A DNA stretch of 64,000 nucleotides, from contig CM022668.1 in the NCBI GenBank assembly GCA_012295275.1, positions 5,146,001 to 5,210,000 of the forward strand. Reading direction: 5' to 3'. The notes under the pieces are model-generated. The model ran no database searches. It saw only the letters and a list, made by a program, of their open reading frames with translations, and had not been told where the DNA came from. The translations under genes and the position numbers were made by a program. Shown one piece after another: positions 58,410-64,000 of this stretch. The number at the start of each line of letters is the position of its first letter. Position 1 is the stretch's first letter. This DNA comes from Chrysomallon squamiferum. Lineage: Eukaryota; Animalia; Mollusca.

Positions 58410-60105
58410 TATAGGTAGATAGACAGAATACACGTATACACGAGCATATAAACACGCATACAAACACACAAACACACAAACACACAGGTACATGCTTTAA
58501 ACATAATAAACCAACAGTTTCTAATCATCATTAAGAAAGTGCTATTTATTTTTCATACTTTATTATTATGAAAGATTTGATTCACAGGTTAGACTGAAAA
58601 TAATTTTTTAAGCTGTGTTACCAAAATCTCAGGTGTACTTTGAAAAAGGTTATTTGTTTTACAAAATTGTGTGTTAATACCCTCTTAAAACACCGTTATC
58701 TATGACAAATGAACGTGTTTGAACCCTGCACCATTGGGAGTGGCCATTTCAACACTTCATCTGTTAAATTATTTCGGCTAGGTTACACTGATAGGGTTGT
58801 ACATTTTTATGAACGAAATTCAAATACTGTTTTAGATCTGTTCTAAATTTATTGTAGGAAAGGTATAATAAAATGAATGATTTGGTAAATAAAATAGAAA
58901 TATACATGCAGTAATACAATACAGTATAAAGTAATGTAATTTAATCTAATGAATAATACAACATCAAAATTTAACAACGTATAAAAATACGATTGATATA
59001 ACGTAACAGGATATAACATAACATAACAAATAATAACATACAATACAACGTAATATAATATAATATAAGGTAATATAAAGTAAAATGACGTGAGGTAACA
59101 TCCATAATGCAGTGTAATGTAATATAATACTAGGTACTTACAACAAACATAAATACATTAATAATAAATTATAATAAGTTATAAATTCGTTTATTCTGAG
59201 ATAAAGGACACGTTATAATGTGATATATGTTAAATAGTGAAACGTTGGGTCCTGGTATGGCACGAATATATGATACGATTTCTTTAATTATAAAATAAGG
59301 AATGACGAGACATATAAAATGATTATGGTATAGAATGTGATAGAATGGCATGATATAGGATGGGCTGGTGTGGTATGGTATAGGATGTGATAGTATGGTA
59401 TGATATAGGATGGGTGTGTGGTATCATATAGGATGAGATAGTGTGGATTGGTATATAATGGGATAGTATGGTATAGTATACGATGAGATAGTGTGGTATG
59501 GTATAAGATGGGATAGTATGGTATGATATAGGATGAGATAGTGTGGTATGGTATAAGATGGGATAGTATGGTATGATATAGGATGAGATAGTGTGGTATG
59601 GTATAGAATGGGATAGTATGGTATGATATAGGATGAGATAGTGTGGTATGGTATAGAATGGGATAGTGTGGTATAGTATACAATGAGATAGTATGATATG
59701 ATATGGAAAGATACAGTATTGATACGTTAAGGTGCCTGCCTCAGATATGTAATTATGATAATAGCATGGTAGGATGATATATGATATAAAATGATATATT
59801 GTGGTAATGATATGCTCTTTTAATAGTTTTATGTGATATTATGCTTATTATGGTTATAGTAAAATTTGTATACCTCTGAGAGTTGAAAATAATTATTTTA
59901 GTAACAGTGTTTGCCATTATTATATGCTGTGGTAACTATTATATATGATATTATATAATGATTATGGTGTGGTATTACAGTATACTATGATAATGTGATC
60001 CATTACTGCTGTGGTATAATGTGTTATGGTTGTAGATATGTTTTGGTATTGAAAGGTACAGTATGGCATGGTTATATTTGATTTATAAAGACATAAATAG
60101 AGGAT

Positions 60106-60182
<77 letters not shown>

Positions 60183-60856
60183 AAGTTAAAGAATTAAGAG
60201 AAAAAGAGAGGAATAAAACTCAGCCTTGTTATATGTAACACTCACTATTTTACGATATTATTAAAAAAAACATAAATTACTGACGTCACAACCAACAGAC
60301 ATTGTTTGGTCTTTTCAAGCGTTCTTGACATGTGAAACGTTGCGCCACCTACTGTTTTTATTACACTAGGAAAACACGCCACTGTCTTCAGTCACGTGAT
60401 CTTTCTTCTATGACTCAAGACTCAAGTCGTGACTTTATTTTAATGACGAGTTTTTCTATATAGATATATAAAAATACAGTGGAACCTCGGGTTATGAACC
60501 CCTCGAAGTACAAACAAATCGATTTACGAACCGAGTTCTGGAACGAATTAAGTTCATAACCCCGAGGTTCCACTGAATGTATGTATATAGGTATATGCGA
60601 TACAAAACAGATTATATTCACCTAAATCCTTTGATGAGAACAGCTTTAAAACCAGGAGTATTTTTGTATACCTCTGACAGCTGAAAATAATTATACGAGT
60701 TATATTAATTTCAGTAACAGAGTTTGACATTATATTTAACATTAAATATGCCAGATGAAATTAATAATTTGTCTGGAATGTATTTGCTCCCCCCCCACTA
60801 TTTTGTTATTCTGTCTCTGTCTATCTTTCCATCCATTCATCCCTCCCTCCCTCCCT

Positions 60857-60945
<89 letters not shown>

Positions 60946-61398
60946 AGTGTGCGTGCGGGCACGTGTATCATATCTGTCACTGCATCTTATCGACCTCACT
61001 ATTTTTTTAATAACGAATGTTAACGACTAAATTCACACGCACATACACATACACACAGACCGAATATTATAAAAAAAACAAAAACAAACTGTAACGTATA
61101 CATTATTGACTGTATACTTACTTTAGTTGTCATGCTGCTGGAATAATTCTGAAATAATTTTGAATAAGGATCCAAAAGTTCGTCCGAGAAGTCAGTTTCA
61201 AATCTGATGGAAAACGTCAACTTGAAATAAGCTTTACCTTTAAAATGAAAACAGAAAATAAACATACTTTATTATTGCGATCACGTATAGACTACACTTT
61301 TCACTACTAGTATGTAATTCTACGTCACATAGTCACGTGACCTAGTTTCTGAAGTTCTTTTACAGGAGACTCCTTTTCTGACTGTATTAAAGTTTACG

Positions 61399-61431
<33 letters not shown>

Positions 61432-63048
61432 TTGTTGTTGTTGTTGTCGTTGTTAGTATTATTACTAGTGATACTACGTATGCATCATAATTTAAATTAT
61501 TTTAGAGGGGTCTAGTATAGATACATAGCCAGAGAGACAGACAGACAGTCAGAAAAGATTTGTTACATCTTGTAAAAGACATACCAATATCTGGCTTTCT
61601 TGTTGCGTCCGGTGTTGACGTAGTTGTTGTGCCCGGTGTTGATGTAGTTGTTGTCTCAACAGACGCTGGTGGAGTTATAACCGATGACGACATCATTGTC
61701 ATGGTTGACGTTGGCATTATTTCAGACGATTCTACTGCAGTTGGTGTCACTTCACGTATTGATGATAATGTTGTTGCGTCAACAGGTAATGATGACGTCG
61801 ACATTTCTTCGTGGCTTGACATTAATGAGCCAGTAAACATCGATGATGTTGACATTGTTTCACTGGACATTTGTGATTTAGACATCAAGTCACTTGAAGG
61901 TGTCGCCACAAAATCTTTTGAAAATGAGGACATTTCACTAGACATTAACGGTGTCGACATTTGTTCACTGGACATTGGTGATTTAGACATCAAGTCACTT
62001 GAAGGTGTCGACACAAAATCTTTTGAAAATGAGGACATTTCACTAGACATTAACGGTGTCGACATTTGTTCACTGGACAGTTGTGATTTAGACATCAAGT
62101 CACTTGAAGGTGTCGCCACAAAATCTTTTGAAAATGAGGACATTTCACTAGACATTAACGGTGTCGACATTTGTTCACTGGACATTGGTGATTTAGACAT
62201 CAAGTCACTTGAAGGTGTCGACCCAAAATCTTTTGAAAATGAGGACATTTCACTAGACATTAACGGTGTCGACATTTGTTCACTGGAAATTTGTGATTTA
62301 GACATCAAGTCACTTGAAGGTGTCGACCCAAAATCTTTTGAAAATTCGGACATTTCACTAGACATTAACGGTGTCGACATTTGTTCACTGGGCAATTGTG
62401 ACTGAGACAATAATTCACTTGATGATGTCGGTATACTTTCTTTTGAAGATGTCTGCATGACTTCACTAGAATTGCCGGAATTTAAGAGTGACGACACCTG
62501 TTCACTTGACATTAACGATTCCGAAAATAGCGCAGTTCCAGATGTCGACATTATGTCAGTTGACGGTGTCGATATTGCTTCACTAGACATCAGTGCACTT
62601 GACACAAACGACGTCTGCGCCACTTCAGTAGATGTCGAAATGAGTTCACTAGACATTTCGCTATTTTCAACATTGTCACTTGACATTGACGACGTCGACA
62701 TTAAGTCCACGGTGTTTGTTTCTGTTGACGATTCCATGTCAGCTGGGGAAACCGACGTGGGTTCTACATTGGCTGTTGTCGTAGTTGCTGTTACGTCACT
62801 GGATGTTGTTTTCATCAGAAAAAAGCATAACATCAGCAGGCGAAACTTTACTGTATAAAAAAATAAACATTGGAAAATTTACCATAACAACAATAACAAA
62901 AACAGTAACAGTTATAACGATAGTAAATGCTAATATTACTAATAAATGCGGCTACTACTACTACCACTACTAATACTATCGCTATTACCACTACTACAAC
63001 TGCTTCTGTGACTACTACCACTATTACTATTATTACTACTACTACATG

Positions 63049-63112
<64 letters not shown>

Positions 63113-63693
63113 TAACATGATGATGATGTAGATAATGATGATGATGACAGTGGTACTATTTGCTATAATAATAATTACAAGAATCACAAATACTACCATT
63201 GCAAAATAACAACAATAATAGTGATGATCATGATCATGATGAAAACAACAACAATAACAAAAACAACAGCAGTTATAGTTAGGAAAATAAATACTACTAT
63301 TATTAGTACTACTACTATAAAATAATAATAATAATTATTATTATTACTTTTTATATAATGATATTGGGAAAATAATAAGGAAAAATAAATATCACTGCAT
63401 TTCAAGGAAGATAAATTGAGGAGGTAACTTTATATCGAACTAGGAAGAAAGTTTGTTTGTTTAATTATGTTTTTAAACATTAAGGGTTATGGGATATCCT
63501 ATATTTACTTTTTCGTGCTATGAGGAAAGAGTATTGTGAAATTATATGAGGAACAAATACGATGACGTCAGAACGAAGACCAATCTCATCTATTAGGAGC
63601 CAAAATGGCGGCCATTTCCAGAAGAAAAAGAAAAAAAACAAAAAGAAAAAAAAACATTTTATATACACCCAACCTTAGTTAATAATAAAATAT

Positions 63694-63730
<37 letters not shown>

Positions 63731-63791
63731 ATCTTAAACTATTCAACTAATTTTAAAAACAAAATTCTTTCTTACCAGTTATCATTTTCAT
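54295..63791 (-). CDS. Type I transmembrane mucin-like protein (signal peptide, S/T/M-rich repeats, SEA, EGF-like, TM, Tyr-containing tail), ~759 aa
   Basis: Exons (minus) 63791-63776, 62850-61585, 61237-61122, 60680-60622, 58267-58098, 56936-56765, 56060-55872, 55510-55339, 54891-54805, 54327-54295, all phase-consistent (2280 nt). Signal MKMITVKFRLLMLCFFLMKTTSS; SEA with FSDELLDPYSKLFQ and GFRKGSVLTDY cleavage motif; EGF-like C.ENGEC......TTC.C......YSGDKCE; TM IIAIAVGVGGGIIVLLVIALIYMCV followed by HKRRK; C-terminus FSIKRPEVHL. Confidence 0.85.
57172..57255 (-). pseudogene. tRNA-derived relic (degenerate long-variable-arm tRNA or SINE head)
   Basis: Minus strand GTTGCTTGA-TGGCCGAATGG (A box)...CCGC-CTTCGGAAT-GCGG...GTTCGAGTC (B box)...CAGCGGC-A; acceptor stem mostly pairs, T-stem is broken. 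Confidence 0.55.
57258..58050. repeat. GT/AT-rich minisatellite (GTAAGTATATATGTATGTGTGT-like, 22-28 nt) with a ~136-bp higher-order repeat at its right end
   Basis: Direct reading; it explains the HTY/CVCKY pseudo-ORFs. Confidence 0.9.
59325..59705. repeat. Pentamer-based 25/50-bp minisatellite
   Basis: GGATGAGATAGTGTGGTATGGTATA recurs at 59531, 59581, 59631, alternating with a 25-nt variant. Confidence 0.9.
60477..60575. mobile_element. Tiny pogo/Tigger-like MITE (99 bp)
   Basis: TIR CAGTGGAACCTCGGG(G)TTATGAAC ... GTTCATAACCCCGAGGTTCCACTG; TA on the left, AA on the right (decayed TSD). Confidence 0.8.
61860..62400 (-). repeat. Coding 105-bp (35-aa) tandem repeat x5 in the mucin exon
   Basis: SSEQMSTPLMSSEMSSFSKDFxxTPSSDLMSKSxx; GAAGGTGTCG recurs at 105-nt spacing (e.g. 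62001, 62211). Confidence 0.93.
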
Positions 63792-63896
63792 AATAATACT
63801 GGTTTTCTCAGGGTACCTGAAACATAAATGAATGAATGAATAAATAAATAAATAAAATAAAATAAAACAATGAAGAAGAAACAAAACAAAAAAAAA

Positions 63897-63935
<39 letters not shown>

Positions 63936-64000
63936 AAAGAAACATACCAACAAAAGTAGCGATCTATAAAGGAAGAAAAATAATGTGAAAACATGTGCGA

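Noticed and set aside
57123-58531. Numerous HTY/CVCMY ORFs
   Set aside because: Translations of GT/AT minisatellites; the same applies to poly-I/L/Y/S/F ORFs elsewhere in the window.
61560-62858. Long plus-strand ORFs (281 aa and 133 aa) antisense to the mucin exon
   Set aside because: Shadow of a repetitive, codon-biased sense exon; no independent domain or splice support.

Overview
AT-rich, microsatellite-laden eukaryotic (invertebrate animal, mollusc-like; taxon is an inference) genomic DNA, not prokaryotic. Six intron-rich genes could be assembled by hand from GT-AG junctions with consistent phases: the 3' part of USP37 (+), a J-domain-less RJL/DNAJC27-type Rab-like GTPase (-), DNAJC22/wurst (+), RNF41/Nrdp1 (-), KIF23/MKLP1 (+) and a Met/Ser/Thr-rich SEA-EGF transmembrane mucin (-). 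They form two head-to-head and three tail-to-tail pairs. The most striking feature is a ~2.7 kb array of ~104 copies of a 26-nt unit made of the last 19 nt of a KIF23 coding exon plus its 5' splice site. Any donor but the first would retain an in-frame stop. Smaller duplicated splice junctions occur in four genes, and KIF23 has one clear and one probable 1-nt frameshift, possibly assembly artefacts. Two Tc1/mariner-type MITEs and a tRNA-like relic are also present. All assignments are by eye, with no database searches.
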